A DNA stretch of 64,000 bases from the NCBI RefSeq assembly GCF_055900595.2, contig NZ_CM148325.1; one strand, given 5' to 3'. A program made the translations under genes and the position numbers. Within the stretch, counting starts at the first letter, position 1; the number at the start of each line of letters is the position of its first letter. The notes under the pieces were generated by a model. It saw only the letters and a program-made list of their open reading frames with translations, was not told the origin of the DNA and did no database searches. Positions 46,054 through 57,819 of this stretch are shown here, piece after piece.

Positions 46054-46296
46054 ATGATTTATTTATGGATGTTTCTCGCCCTGTGTATTGTCTGCGTAAG
46101 CGGATACATCGGTCAGGTACTGAACGTGGTCTCGGCGGTCTCTTCTTTCTTCGGCATGGTGATCCTCGCTGCACTCATTTACTACTTCACCATGTGGTTA
46201 ACTGGCGGTAATGAACTAGTGACGGGGATATTTATGTTTCTTGCCCCGGCTTGTGGCTTGATGATTCGCTTTATGGTGGGGTATGGCAGGCGGTAG
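46054..46296 (+). CDS. yfdY: Small inner-membrane protein YfdY (DUF2545)
   Basis: 80 aa, two predicted TM helices; conserved position. Confidence 0.75.
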   Translation: MIYLWMFLALCIVCVSGYIGQVLNVVSAVSSFFGMVILAALIYYFTMWLTGGNELVTGIFMFLAPACGLMIRFMVGYGRR

Positions 46297-46372
46297 TAGT
46301 TCAGGATGGATCATTTGGGCAGGTGCTCACATCATCAACAGATATGATTGTTCACCTGCCATGTGACAGACG

Positions 46373-46648
46373 CTATCGCACAGGATGAATAAGATAATTC
46401 GCCTTTGTCGGAAAAGGGGGCGTGATGTCTTCTGTGAGATTTAATGGTGGCGCATCTTCTCTCATCTTAAACAAAATCGCCTGTGATGGTTGAAGTTTTG
46501 TAGAATGAGTTGTCGTCATCACTGACGTTTTTTCTGTCCCTTTATAGCTCGTCTCACTTCCACCACCAGAAATGGAAAATGCAAAAACATTGCATGCCAT
46601 AATAGAGACCAATAAAAATAAGCTAAAAAGCATTAAGTTTACTTTCAT
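46373..46648 (-). CDS. ypdI: Small secreted/lipoprotein-like protein YpdI
   Basis: 91 aa with signal peptide and Cys near the cleavage region (SIMAC); conserved position. Confidence 0.75.
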   Translation of the reverse strand: MKVNLMLFSLFLLVSIMACNVFAFSISGGGSETSYKGTEKTSVMTTTHSTKLQPSQAILFKMREDAPPLNLTEDITPPFPTKANYLIHPVR

Positions 46649-46790
46649 AGAAAGTTATCCTGAGAATGGCTCACTGAGAACCTACGATGTTATGGCTGTA
46701 TTTACATTTAATTAATCAGTATTTACATCGATATAATAAATGACATCTCTTTGTGGTATATAAGAATAGTTCTCTGCGACAGGAAGCATA

Positions 46791-46845
46791 TTCCTACAAT
46801 TGTAAGACTAAATACTTCTTGCGATAATAACTACAACTGTAAGAT
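46791..46845. promoter_or_regulatory. Two EvgA-box-like 18-bp inverted repeats upstream of yfdX
   Basis: TTCCTACA-AT-TGTAAGAC (46791-46808) and TAACTACA-AC-TGTAAGAT (46828-46845) versus consensus TTCYTACA-N2-TGTARGAA. Confidence 0.45.
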
Positions 46846-46942
46846 AACCCTTTCAAAATGACCGTTGCTCTCTGATTTCTCATTTCATGCTCACCCAATA
46901 TGATGGCGGCGTTTTCTAAAACTGTTAAAGAATGAGGTAAGT

Positions 46943-47575
46943 ATGAAACGTTTAATTATGGCTACGATGGTCACAGCAGTTCTGGCATCTTCAACTGTAT
47001 GGGCTGCTGATAATGCACCGGTAGCAGCACAACAGCAAACTCAGCAAGTTCAGCAAACCCAGAAAACGGTAGCAGCAGAGCGTATCTCTGAACAGGGTTT
47101 ATATGCGATGCGTGACGTGCAGGTAGCGCGCCTGGCTCTGTTTCATGGCGATCCGGAAAAGGCAAAAGAACTGACCAATGAAGCTTCCGCTTTGCTGTCA
47201 GATGACAGTACTGAATGGGCAAAGTTCGCTAAGCCAGGTAAAAAGACCAATGTCAATGATGACCAATATATTTTCATTAATGCATCTGTCGGAATTTCTG
47301 AGAGTTATGTAGCGACACCCGAAAAAGAAGCCGCGATAAAAATTGCCAACGAAAAAATGGCGAAAGGGGATAAAAAGGGCGCAATGGAAGAGCTTCGCCT
47401 GGCCGGTGTTGGTGTAATGGAAAACCAATATCTGATGCCGCTTAAACAGACTCGTAATGCACTTGCTGATGCGCAGAAACTGCTTGATAAAAAGCAATAC
47501 TACGAGGCAAACCTGGCGCTTAAAGGTGCGGAAGATGGAATCATCGTCGATAGCGAAGCACTGTTTGTGAACTAA
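46943..47575 (+). CDS. yfdX: Periplasmic protein YfdX (EvgA-regulated, function unclear)
   Basis: 210 aa with signal peptide; first gene of yfdX-frc-oxc-yfdV-yfdE cluster. Confidence 0.9.
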   Translation: MKRLIMATMVTAVLASSTVWAADNAPVAAQQQTQQVQQTQKTVAAERISEQGLYAMRDVQVARLALFHGDPEKAKELTNEASALLSDDSTEWAKFAKPGKKTNVNDDQYIFINASVGISESYVATPEKEAAIKIANEKMAKGDKKGAMEELRLAGVGVMENQYLMPLKQTRNALADAQKLLDKKQYYEANLALKGAEDGIIVDSEALFVN

Positions 47576-47819
47576 TGCTGACAGGCAGCATATTGAAGTA
47601 AAAGATTTTACTCCCTCCTGGCGACAATTTTTTATGACCACAATACGACCGATTGTGGTCATAAAATTATTTGGCGCTCGCGGTTCTATTAACACGAATT
47701 TTCTATTCCTCAAAGTAAACATCAATAATCCCGTGTCATCACGAAATCATTGTTTATGTTATGTTTTATGGTACGATTTAAAAATCGTAATCATTTCCCT
47801 AACTGTAAATCACAATCGC

Positions 47820-47837
47820 TTCTTACAGTTGTAAGAA
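47820..47837. promoter_or_regulatory. Perfect EvgA-box palindrome about 250 bp upstream of frc
   Basis: TTCTTACA-GT-TGTAAGAA, a perfect 8-2-8 inverted repeat matching the EvgA consensus. Confidence 0.55.
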
Positions 47838-48088
47838 TAACATCACAAATGTCGCGGCTCTCTCTGATTACCGCAAACCAATATTTATCATATTCTTCTT
47901 TTCGTCCTCACTACTTACCATGCAAAAAGGAATTGGAAGTGGCGATGAAATGATTTTCCGCACTTGATACAGGAATTTAAAAATATCGAGTGCAGCTACG
48001 ACGATATTTTGCGGATTATTTATAGAGGGCGTTATGCCTTAAATAAACGCTAAATTAACATATATTTAATTAACTAATAGGTATTGCT

Positions 48089-49339
48089 ATGTCAACTCCA
48101 CTTCAAGGAATTAAAGTTCTCGATTTCACCGGTGTGCAATCTGGCCCATCTTGTACTCAGATGCTGGCGTGGTTTGGCGCTGACGTCATTAAAATTGAAC
48201 GTCCCGGCGTTGGTGACGTAACGCGTCGCCAGCTGCGAGATATTCCTGATATCGATGCGCTTTACTTCACCATGCTTAACAGCAACAAACGTTCTATTGA
48301 ATTAAATACCAAAACAGCGGAAGGCAAAGAGGTAATGGAAAAGCTGATCCGCGAAGCTGATATCTTGGTCGAGAACTTTCATCCAGGGGCTATTGATCAC
48401 ATGGGCTTCACCTGGGAGCATATTCAGGAAATCAACCCACGTCTGATTTTTGGTTCGATCAAAGGGTTTGATGAGTGTTCACCTTATGTGAATGTAAAAG
48501 CCTATGAAAACGTTGCTCAGGCAGCGGGTGGCGCGGCATCCACTACGGGTTTTTGGGACGGCCCGCCGCTGGTAAGCGCTGCAGCGTTGGGTGACAGCAA
48601 CACCGGAATGCATTTGCTGATCGGTTTACTTGCTGCTTTGCTGCATCGCGAAAAAACGGGGCGTGGGCAACGAGTTACCATGTCAATGCAGGATGCCGTG
48701 TTGAACCTTTGCCGCGTGAAATTACGTGACCAGCAGCGCCTCGATAAGCTGGGTTATCTGGAAGAATACCCGCAGTATCCGAATGGCACATTTGGCGACG
48801 CAGTACCACGCGGTGGTAATGCGGGTGGTGGCGGTCAGCCTGGCTGGATCCTGAAATGTAAAGGCTGGGAAACCGATCCTAACGCCTATATTTATTTCAC
48901 TATTCAGGAGCAAAACTGGGAAAACACCTGTAAAGCTATCGGCAAACCAGAATGGATTACCGATCCGGCATACAGTACAGCTCATGCCCGACAGCCACAT
49001 ATTTTCGATATTTTTGCTGAAATCGAAAAATACACTGTCACTATTGATAAACATGAAGCGGTGGCCTATTTGACTCAGTTTGATATTCCTTGTGCACCGG
49101 TTTTAAGTATGAAAGAAATTTCACTCGATCCCTCTTTGCGCCAAAGTGGCAGTGTTGTCGAAGTAGAGCAACCGTTGCGTGGAAAATATCTGACAGTTGG
49201 TTGTCCAATGAAATTCTCTGCCTTTACGCCGGATATTAAAGCTGCGCCGCTATTAGGTGAACATACCGCTGCTGTATTGCAGGAGCTGGGTTATAGCGAC
49301 GATGAAATTGCTGCAATGAAGCAAAACCACGCCATCTGA
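48089..49339 (+). CDS. frc: Formyl-CoA:oxalate CoA-transferase (family III CoA-transferase)
   Basis: 416 aa, CaiB/BaiF family; paired with oxc. Confidence 0.95.
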   Translation: MSTPLQGIKVLDFTGVQSGPSCTQMLAWFGADVIKIERPGVGDVTRRQLRDIPDIDALYFTMLNSNKRSIELNTKTAEGKEVMEKLIREADILVENFHPGAIDHMGFTWEHIQEINPRLIFGSIKGFDECSPYVNVKAYENVAQAAGGAASTTGFWDGPPLVSAAALGDSNTGMHLLIGLLAALLHREKTGRGQRVTMSMQDAVLNLCRVKLRDQQRLDKLGYLEEYPQYPNGTFGDAVPRGGNAGGGGQPGWILKCKGWETDPNAYIYFTIQEQNWENTCKAIGKPEWITDPAYSTAHARQPHIFDIFAEIEKYTVTIDKHEAVAYLTQFDIPCAPVLSMKEISLDPSLRQSGSVVEVEQPLRGKYLTVGCPMKFSAFTPDIKAAPLLGEHTAAVLQELGYSDDEIAAMKQNHAI

Positions 49340-49392
49340 TATTAACGGGGGCTTCTGGCTCCCAATTTATAAAAATTTCGAGGTTATTAATC

Positions 49393-51087
49393 ATGTCAGA
49401 TCAACTTCAAATGACAGATGGTATGCATATCATCGTTGAAGCATTAAAACAGAATAATATTGACACTATTTATGGTGTTGTAGGTATTCCTGTGACGGAT
49501 ATGGCGCGCCATGCCCAGGCGGAAGGCATTCGTTATATTGGTTTTCGTCATGAGCAATCTGCAGGCTATGCGGCTGCGGCAAGCGGTTTTCTTACCCAAA
49601 AGCCAGGGATCTGCCTGACCGTTTCTGCGCCAGGATTCCTCAATGGTTTGACTGCATTGGCCAACGCAACAGTAAATGGTTTTCCGATGATCATGATCAG
49701 CGGCTCCAGCGATCGCGCGATCGTTGATCTCCAGCAAGGTGATTATGAAGAGCTGGACCAAATGAATGCGGCAAAACCCTATGCCAAAGCGGCATTCCGC
49801 GTTAACCAGCCGCAGGATCTTGGCATTGCGTTGGCACGCGCTATCCGGGTCTCCGTTTCGGGTCGCCCTGGTGGTGTTTATCTTGATTTGCCAGCAAATG
49901 TCCTGGCTGCGACGATGGAAAAAGACGAAGCATTAGCCACTATTGTTAAAGTTGAAAACCCATCGCCAGCGTTATTGCCATGCCCGAAGTCAGTCACTAG
50001 TGCAATTTCGCTGTTAGCAAAAGCAGAACGGCCATTAATTATCCTTGGTAAAGGCGCGGCGTATTCACAAGCTGATGAGCAGCTTCGTGAGTTTATTGAA
50101 AGTACCCAGATTCCATTCCTGCCAATGTCTATGGCGAAAGGGATCCTGGAAGATACGCATCCACTTTCTGCGGCGGCTGCGCGTTCGTTTGCGCTGGCAA
50201 ATGCTGATGTTGTCATGCTTGTTGGGGCGCGACTGAATTGGTTACTGGCGCACGGTAAAAAAGGATGGGCGGCAGATACACAGTTTATTCAACTGGATAT
50301 AGAACCGCAGGAAATTGACAGCAATCGACCCATTACTGTGCCAGTCGTTGGCGATATTGCATCCAGTATGCAAGGTATGCTGGCAGAACTGAAACAAAAC
50401 ACATTTACGACTCCACTGGTGTGGCGCGATATTTTAAATATCCACAAGCAGCAAAATGCGCAAAAAATGCATGAAAAGTTAAGTACAGATACCCAACCAT
50501 TAAATTACTTTAATGCATTGAGTGCGGTGCGCGATGTATTGCGCGAGAACCAGGATATTTATTTAGTTAATGAAGGGGCAAATACCCTAGATAATGCACG
50601 AAATATTATTGATATGTATAAACCACGTCGTCGTCTGGATTGTGGCACCTGGGGGGTTATGGGCATCGGTATGGGTTATGCTATCGGCGCGAGTGTAACC
50701 TCTGGTTCCCCAGTTGTTGCCATTGAAGGTGATAGTGCTTTTGGTTTCAGTGGGATGGAGATTGAAACGATTTGTCGATATAACCTGCCGGTGACAATCG
50801 TTATTTTTAATAATGGCGGCATCTACAGAGGAGACGGTGTTGATCTCAGTGGCGCTGGTGCACCATCACCAACAGATCTATTGCACCATGCAAGGTATGA
50901 CAAATTAATGGATGCATTTCGTGGCGTTGGATATAACGTCACCACGACAGATGAACTTCGTGATGCTTTAACCACCGGTATTCAGTCGCGCAAACCGACC
51001 ATTATTAATGTGGTCATCGACCCAGCAGCAGGAACTGAAAGTGGCCATATTACCAAACTTAACCCAAAACAAGTCTCTGGTAATTAA
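49393..51087 (+). CDS. oxc: Oxalyl-CoA decarboxylase (ThDP-dependent)
   Basis: 564 aa, thiamine-diphosphate enzyme with [14 protein letters not shown] ThDP-binding motif. Confidence 0.95.
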
Positions 51088-51155
51088 ATACTGACATCGT
51101 CTCCTCTTGCCAACTCATTATCGATGGTGAGGGGACCCTTATCGGAAATACTATT

Positions 51156-52100
51156 ATGCTAACATTTTTTATTGGCGATTTATTGCCTATTATCGTAATC
51201 ATGCTGTTGGGTTATTTTAGCGGCAGACGAGAAACTTTTTCAGAAGATCAAGCCCGGGCATTTAATAAACTGGTATTAAATTACGCTCTTCCTGCGGCCC
51301 TATTTGTTTCTATTACCCGGGCAAACAGGGAAATGATTTTTGCGGACACTCGCCTGACCCTTGTATCACTTGTGGTTATTGTCGGATGTTTCTTTTTCTC
51401 CTGGTTTGGTTGCTACAAATTTTTTAAACGTACCCATGCAGAAGCAGCAGTATGTGCATTAATTGCAGGTTCACCTACCATTGGATTCCTGGGGTTTGCA
51501 GTTCTCGACCCTATTTATGGTGATTCCGTATCAACAGGTTTAGTGGTAGCAATTATTTCTATTATTGTTAACGCAATTACTATTCCTATTGGTCTGTATT
51601 TGCTGAATCCCTCCTCAGGAGCGGATGGTAAGAAGAATAGCAATCTGAGCGCGTTAATCTCTGCGGCAAAGGAGCCAGTCGTATGGGCACCTGTTCTGGC
51701 AACGATCCTGGTGTTGGTTGGGGTAAAAATTCCGGCAGCATGGGATCCAACCTTTAATCTGATTGCGAAGGCCAACTCAGGGGTAGCGGTATTCGCTGCG
51801 GGTTTGACTCTGGCTGCACATAAATTCGAGTTCAGTGCTGAAATTGCTTATAACACCTTCCTGAAGCTGATTCTGATGCCACTGGCACTGCTTCTCGTTG
51901 GTATGGCATGTCATTTGAACAGCGAACATCTGCAGATGATGGTACTGGCAGGCGCATTACCGCCGGCATTCTCCGGAATCATTATTGCCAGCCGGTTTAA
52001 TGTCTACACCCGCACTGGTACAGCGTCATTGGCTGTTAGCGTGCTGGGTTTTGTCGTCACGGCTCCCTTGTGGATTTATGTCAGTCGACTGGTTTCATAA
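51156..52100 (+). CDS. yfdV: AEC-family membrane transporter YfdV
   Basis: 314-aa polytopic membrane protein. Confidence 0.9.
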
Positions 52101-52173
52101 TTAATCATGTTATTAATTTTCATAAATGCCGAAGAGTCTTTTCACCTTCGGCTTTTTTTCAAGGCATAAGCAA

Positions 52174-53319
52174 ATGACAAATACTGAAAGCAAAGGCCCA
52201 TTTGAAGGGTTATTAGTTATTGATATGACTCATGTCCTTAATGGGCCTTTCGGAACTCAACTCCTTTGTAATATGGGCGCAAGGGTCATTAAAGTTGAGC
52301 CGCCGGGTCATGGTGATGATACCCGCACATTTGGTCCCTATGTGGATGGGCAGTCACTCTATTACAGTTTTATTAATCATGGCAAAGAGAGCGTGGTTCT
52401 TGATTTAAAGAATGACCACGATAAAAGTATATTTATAAATATGCTTAAACAAGCTGATGTATTAGCCGAGAATTTCCGCCCAGGTACAATGGAAAAAATG
52501 GGGTTTTCGTGGGAAACGCTACAAGAAATCAACCCACGTCTCATCTATGCTTCATCGTCAGGTTTCGGACATACCGGTCCGCTAAAAGATGCTCCGGCCT
52601 ACGATACCATTATTCAGGCAATGAGTGGAATAATGATGGAAACGGGATATCCTGATGCTCCGCCAGTGCGTGTTGGCACCTCTCTTGCAGATCTCTGTGG
52701 CGGTGTCTATTTATTCAGTGGAATCGTGAGTGCGCTTTATGGCCGCGAAAAGAGCCAGCGAGGGGCGCATGTCGATATCGCGATGTTTGATGCCACTCTG
52801 AGTTTTCTGGAGCATGGACTGATGGCATATATCGCGACTGGGAAGTCACCACAACGTCTGGGAAATCGCCATCCCTACATGGCTCCTTTTGATGTTTTCG
52901 ATACTCAGGATAAACCAATTACTATTTGTTGTGGTAATGACAAGCTTTTTTCTGCGTTATGCCAGGCACTGGATCTGACGGAACTTGTTGATGATCCCCG
53001 ATTTAACAGCAATATTTTACGTGTACAAAATCAAGCTATTCTTAAACAATATATTGAGCGGACGTTAAAAACGCAGGCAGCTGAAGTTTGGTTAGCCAGA
53101 ATACATGAAGTTGGTGTACCCGTAGCGCCGTTATTAAGTGTGGCTGAGGCCATTAATTTGCCACAAACTCAGGCGAGAAATATGTTGATTGAAGCCGGGG
53201 GAATAATGATGCCGGGTAATCCGATAAAAATCAGCGGCTGCGCGGACCCGCATGTTATGCCGGGAGCGGCAACGCTCGACCAGCATGGGGAACAAATTCG
53301 CCAGGAATTCTCATCGTAA
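52174..53319 (+). CDS. yfdE: Acetyl-CoA:oxalate CoA-transferase YfdE (start trimmed to MTNTESK)
   Basis: 381 aa from trimmed start; family III CoA-transferase, paralogous to frc. Confidence 0.9.
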   Translation: MTNTESKGPFEGLLVIDMTHVLNGPFGTQLLCNMGARVIKVEPPGHGDDTRTFGPYVDGQSLYYSFINHGKESVVLDLKNDHDKSIFINMLKQADVLAENFRPGTMEKMGFSWETLQEINPRLIYASSSGFGHTGPLKDAPAYDTIIQAMSGIMMETGYPDAPPVRVGTSLADLCGGVYLFSGIVSALYGREKSQRGAHVDIAMFDATLSFLEHGLMAYIATGKSPQRLGNRHPYMAPFDVFDTQDKPITICCGNDKLFSALCQALDLTELVDDPRFNSNILRVQNQAILKQYIERTLKTQAAEVWLARIHEVGVPVAPLLSVAEAINLPQTQARNMLIEAGGIMMPGNPIKISGCADPHVMPGAATLDQHGEQIRQEFSS

Positions 53320-53341
53320 ATGTTAGATGTGCTGGTAAATA

Positions 53342-53368
53342 GCTCCCACATTTGAACATTGTGGGAGC
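53342..53368. other. 9-bp-stem hairpin between convergent yfdE and evgS (possible terminator)
   Basis: gctcccaca ... tgtgggagc inverted repeat; no clear T-run. Confidence 0.3.
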
Positions 53369-53374
53369 CGCTAT

Positions 53375-56300
53375 TTAGTCATTTTGTTGACAGAAAACCG
53401 CAATCTCCTGGTCTAACTCTGCAATGTGTTCTTTAACAGAGTTCAGCAACTTAAGAATTTCAGGCTTGCTGTCATCTGAAACTGGCGTTATTTCTAACTG
53501 GTGGCTAAGATTAATCAACTTTTGCAAATTCAGGATGTTAGCCGCACCGTGGATGCGATGAATACACTGATGGAAAGTTCTGTTATCGCCAGCTTCTAAC
53601 GCATGAAACGCAGCGGGTAGATCTTTATGCGTTTCATGCTGGAAAGTCATGAGAATCTCCTGCATCAGTTGTAGATCGTTCGCCGTATTATTTTTCAGGG
53701 CCTCGATATCAAGGTGGCGATACTGAGGTGCAATATGTGCAACCTGGTGTAACTGACTTAAATGTGTTTTCAGTACATCCAGGGTTAACGGTTTGAACAA
53801 ACATAAGTTCATGCCGCAATTTAACCCTTTTTCACGTTCGTTAGCCTGTGCGTTGGCTGTAAGCCCCCAGATGGGTAAGGAAGAATTTTGCTCACGGAGT
53901 TTGCGAGTCAACTCAAAACCATCCATATTCGGCATATTAACGTCAGTAATAAGCAGATCATAATGCTGCATACTGACTTTGTGTAGCGCCTGTACACCAT
54001 CAGAGGCTTCATCAACATCATATCCTAATAGGTTTAGCTGGCGTTTGAGTAATAGCCTGTTGGTCGGATGATCATCCGCGATTAATATGCTCAACTTTTC
54101 AGGGAGTGTCATAGGTTGTTCTGCTTTTGCCTCGACAGTCGCCACTTGTTGGGTAATTTCTACCGGGATTGTGATCGTAAATGTCGTTCCTATGCCGGGA
54201 TGACTTTCTAATGACAAATCGCCCTGCATGTTTTTAATTAATTCTTTGCAGATCATTAAGCCTAAACCAGAACCTGTTTGCTGACGACCTGCTGTTGTTT
54301 GGCTATAGCGTTTAAACAGTTGTTGTTGTTCTTCCTGCGATAATCCGCTTCCGGTGTCCATAATCGTCATTTTGATAACAGCGTGGTTGTCATCAATATG
54401 AACCAGGGAAGTCGTAATTTTTACTGCCCCCTCGGTGGTAAATTTAAGGGCATTACTCAGTAAATTAGACAGCACCTGCTTAAATGCTTGAGGGTCGATT
54501 TTAACCAGGTAGCGTTCAGGAAGCGTACTGCTGCAATTTAATGCGATGGATTTGCTTGCAGCAATCGCACCGAAAGAATGACAAGTGTTCTGGACTAAAG
54601 TAGGGATATCGACCCATTGTGGTTGAAGTTGATAGTTACCCGACTCAATTTTGTCGACATCAAGGATTTCACCAATTAAGCCGAGGAGCGACTGTCCGGT
54701 GGCGTAAGCAAGTGAAATCGCCTCCACACGTTGCTCCTTGCTAAGACCTGAACCCGACAGAAGTTCCAGGAAGCCCATAATGGAGCTTATTGGTGTTCTT
54801 ATTTCGTGACTCATTGTTGCCAGGAACTGGCTTTTTGCGACAGTTGCATTGATCGCTTTATTTCTTTCTACTTCGAGTGCATGAATTAAATCACGCGTCT
54901 CGGTAATATCTTGCCAACCACAAATATATACTGCATTGTCACTTGCAGGTAAATTGCATAATGTATGCCAATGATTAATGCATCTTTTTTCAGTACCATT
55001 ATTAATTTCAAAAACTTGGCTATATATTGTTCTGTTTTCTTTTGTTTCTGCTGTGACTTCATGCACATTAGAAAAAACATCTTTAAAGGGGGAGTCACTG
55101 TTTTCTAATGGTAACATTGCATTTTTGTAGTAATCAGCAGTGAAATAATGTTCAAATGCACTATTGTGACTAATGACATTACCTTGCCAGTTTACAACAT
55201 AAGTTGGATTCGGTAAGGAATCCGAGAGTGCTTTCCGGAATGATATTTGGTTTTCTAAATCACCCTGAATTACCTTACGACGACGAACTGAGCGTAACAG
55301 GTAGAATCCCCATAAAAGGCTACTGCCAACTAATAAAACGGATAAAGTCGTAACAATGTAAAATTGCTCACTATAGAGGTCCCATGTGTCAATGGTCACA
55401 TTGGGCATTTTGATCCATTTTTCCGTCAGGCGCAGAACTTCGCTTGGGGGAATTGCATTCAATGCTTTATTAATAATATCCTTAAGTTCTGGTTCTCCGC
55501 GAGGAAAAGCGAACGAAAGCGATGCATTCTCAACGCCGGGAATAAGAAAATGATAAAGCTCATTAGGATAGTAATGGTCGATCATGTAACGCGAATTTAG
55601 CTGTGTCGCGACCAGGGCATCAAGTTCACCTTCCTTAACCTTGTGAAATGCAGCGCTAGCATTATCGACTTGTATCCACTCAACCTCCGGATACATCTCT
55701 TTCAATTGCGAATGAAGCTCATAATAATATGGAATGGCAACTTTCATTCCTTTTTTTAAAGTTTGTTCACTATCAGGCGCTTTTTGCATGACGAAAACGT
55801 AAGGCGTTGTTATGAATGCTTCAGCAAATAAAACATTATTTTCTCGATCTTCATTATAAATAGCGCCAGGTAAGATATCCCATCCATCGGGATTAAGCTG
55901 TGTTCCGGCATGGATATTGTGTGAAACGGTGATCGGAGAAAATCTTAAACCTGTTTGCAATGTAATAATATTAAGAATATCCCCCATAACGCCCCGAACC
56001 GAGCCATTTTCATCAGTCATAGAATAGGGAGGGGAGTAAGGATTTTCCAGCACCTTTAAATCGGGATGTTGCTTAATCCACTGTTTTTCATGTTCAGTGA
56101 GTTCTAATGGTTTGTTCAGAAAGGCCAGGTTTCCTGTATCAAGCCAATTTTGTGATACTTCATAGCGAACTTCATTTGTTAAAGCATCAACAAACCGATT
56201 GAGTACTTCATTAAGAATGACGGATTCTTTTCTGGTCAAGAAAAAATTATATTGACGCGGCGAGTTATAATATTTCACTACATTTAAGGAGTGAGTGAAA

Positions 56301-56968
56301 TAGCGGGAAATCATACTGCTGGTAATGATGTTACTACCAATAAAGTAATCATTATGTCCGGTAGAAACGGATGCTAATGCCTGATATAAATTTGTAAAAG
56401 AGATAATTGTTGCTTTTGGAAATGATTGATGAATTACCTTGTCTGGGGGGTAATTTGCTACCCGAGCAATATTTACTGGTTTTGGTGAGGTAAGCGGTCG
56501 CATTGAGTCGTGAAGGGTGGTTACCAGCGCCGGAAAGGTAATTATCAATGGTTTGGTTGCAGCAATGTCATTATTAAGAGGCGGCGAAGTAACTAAATGT
56601 GATAACACTATATCGACTTCACCTTCTGCAAGCGCGTCCATTGCTTTTTGATGATCTGCGTATTCCCGGAGTGTTAATTTGATATTTAACGCTCTTTTTA
56701 AAAGATTTAAATAATCAGCATTAATACCACGAACCCGTTGCTGCGAATCGGTATGCAACAACGTAGCCGTTTGGGACTTGTGTACTGCAATCACAAGATT
56801 TTTTTTGCTCGCTAACCAACGTAATTCCTTGTTGCTCAGACGTAGTGGATCAAGCGTGACACGGTTGTTACTACTGATGCCACGATATTCGATGTAATCT
56901 TCGTCTGCGAAACTTATGGTCGACCAAAGACCACAACAGAGAAGAAAAAAATAGGGTAAAAACTTCAT
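53375..56968 (-). CDS. evgS: Hybrid sensor histidine kinase EvgS (periplasmic tandem binding domains, HisKA/HATPase, receiver, HPt)
   Basis: 1197 aa; His box SHEIRTP, receiver domain and C-terminal HPt. Confidence 0.95.
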   Translation of the reverse strand: MKFLPYFFLLCCGLWSTISFADEDYIEYRGISSNNRVTLDPLRLSNKELRWLASKKNLVIAVHKSQTATLLHTDSQQRVRGINADYLNLLKRALNIKLTLREYADHQKAMDALAEGEVDIVLSHLVTSPPLNNDIAATKPLIITFPALVTTLHDSMRPLTSPKPVNIARVANYPPDKVIHQSFPKATIISFTNLYQALASVSTGHNDYFIGSNIITSSMISRYFTHSLNVVKYYNSPRQYNFFLTRKESVILNEVLNRFVDALTNEVRYEVSQNWLDTGNLAFLNKPLELTEHEKQWIKQHPDLKVLENPYSPPYSMTDENGSVRGVMGDILNIITLQTGLRFSPITVSHNIHAGTQLNPDGWDILPGAIYNEDRENNVLFAEAFITTPYVFVMQKAPDSEQTLKKGMKVAIPYYYELHSQLKEMYPEVEWIQVDNASAAFHKVKEGELDALVATQLNSRYMIDHYYPNELYHFLIPGVENASLSFAFPRGEPELKDIINKALNAIPPSEVLRLTEKWIKMPNVTIDTWDLYSEQFYIVTTLSVLLVGSSLLWGFYLLRSVRRRKVIQGDLENQISFRKALSDSLPNPTYVVNWQGNVISHNSAFEHYFTADYYKNAMLPLENSDSPFKDVFSNVHEVTAETKENRTIYSQVFEINNGTEKRCINHWHTLCNLPASDNAVYICGWQDITETRDLIHALEVERNKAINATVAKSQFLATMSHEIRTPISSIMGFLELLSGSGLSKEQRVEAISLAYATGQSLLGLIGEILDVDKIESGNYQLQPQWVDIPTLVQNTCHSFGAIAASKSIALNCSSTLPERYLVKIDPQAFKQVLSNLLSNALKFTTEGAVKITTSLVHIDDNHAVIKMTIMDTGSGLSQEEQQQLFKRYSQTTAGRQQTGSGLGLMICKELIKNMQGDLSLESHPGIGTTFTITIPVEITQQVATVEAKAEQPMTLPEKLSILIADDHPTNRLLLKRQLNLLGYDVDEASDGVQALHKVSMQHYDLLITDVNMPNMDGFELTRKLREQNSSLPIWGLTANAQANEREKGLNCGMNLCLFKPLTLDVLKTHLSQLHQVAHIAPQYRHLDIEALKNNTANDLQLMQEILMTFQHETHKDLPAAFHALEAGDNRTFHQCIHRIHGAANILNLQKLINLSHQLEITPVSDDSKPEILKLLNSVKEHIAELDQEIAVFCQQND

Positions 56969-56972
56969 GTGA

Positions 56973-57587
56973 TTAGCCGATTTTGTTACGTTGCGCGAAT
57001 GTGTAAAGATCCATCAGTGATTTACATTCTAATTTTTCCATCAGGCGACTTTTATACGTGCTGACAGTTTTGTTGCTGATGAACATTTTTTCCGCAATGT
57101 CATTATTGTCCTTGCCATCAAGAATATACCTCATGACACTAATTTCTTGTTTCGATAAGGAGTCGAGTTTTTGCTGGTCGGACGTTAAACTTCCAACAAA
57201 CCGGTTGAGAGAGAAAGGGAAATAGCAGTAGCCATTTTTTGCAGCTTCAATAGCCGCAATGATATTGTTCATGCCTTCTTTTTTACTCACGAATCCATTA
57301 GCGCCTGCATCAGCACAATGTTTCCCGTAAAAATGGTCATTTTTAGCGGAGACGATAATAATAATTCCGCTATATTGGCGCTTCCTCAGCGTTTCTAACA
57401 CCTGGATACCGTTAACTCCGGGGATATCGACATCAATGATGACGATATCAGGTTTAAGTGTTTCCACCCGCTGAACGGCACTTCCCCCTTCAGTCAACTC
57501 CGCTAAGATTTCAATATCGTTTTTGATCAATAAATTACGAATTGCTGCGATAGCAAGAGGATGGTCATCAATAATTATTGCGTTCAT
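56973..57587 (-). CDS. evgA: Response regulator EvgA (NarL/FixJ family)
   Basis: 204 aa; receiver domain plus LuxR-type HTH. Confidence 0.95.
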   Translation of the reverse strand: MNAIIIDDHPLAIAAIRNLLIKNDIEILAELTEGGSAVQRVETLKPDIVIIDVDIPGVNGIQVLETLRKRQYSGIIIIVSAKNDHFYGKHCADAGANGFVSKKEGMNNIIAAIEAAKNGYCYFPFSLNRFVGSLTSDQQKLDSLSKQEISVMRYILDGKDNNDIAEKMFISNKTVSTYKSRLMEKLECKSLMDLYTFAQRNKIG

Positions 57588-57801
57588 AGATTATTCCCTT
57601 TGCAATGAAGCATCTCCCTTCTCCCTGTAGTAATACAGACATAAGGCATCATCTCATTTTCTCAATCAAAATAAGAAAATTTGAGCTTCCTTTAAGATAA
57701 TTCAACAAGTATACCATATAAATAGTCGGCATAAATGAAATGTCAACAATAAAATCAGGGATAATACCGCTAACTTATAGTTTCAAATGAGTACTATAAG
57801 G

Positions 57802-57819
57802 CTTCTTATTAATCCTACA
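57802..57819. promoter_or_regulatory. EvgA-box-like inverted repeat in evgA-emrK divergent region
   Basis: ATCCTACA-GG-CGTAAGAA versus TTCYTACA-N2-TGTARGAA, one mismatch per half. Confidence 0.5.

Noticed and set aside
46373-46648. Plus-strand coding potential in the ypdI region
   Set aside because: Only the minus-strand frame gives a signal-peptide-bearing protein matching the conserved small gene; no competing ORF of meaningful length.
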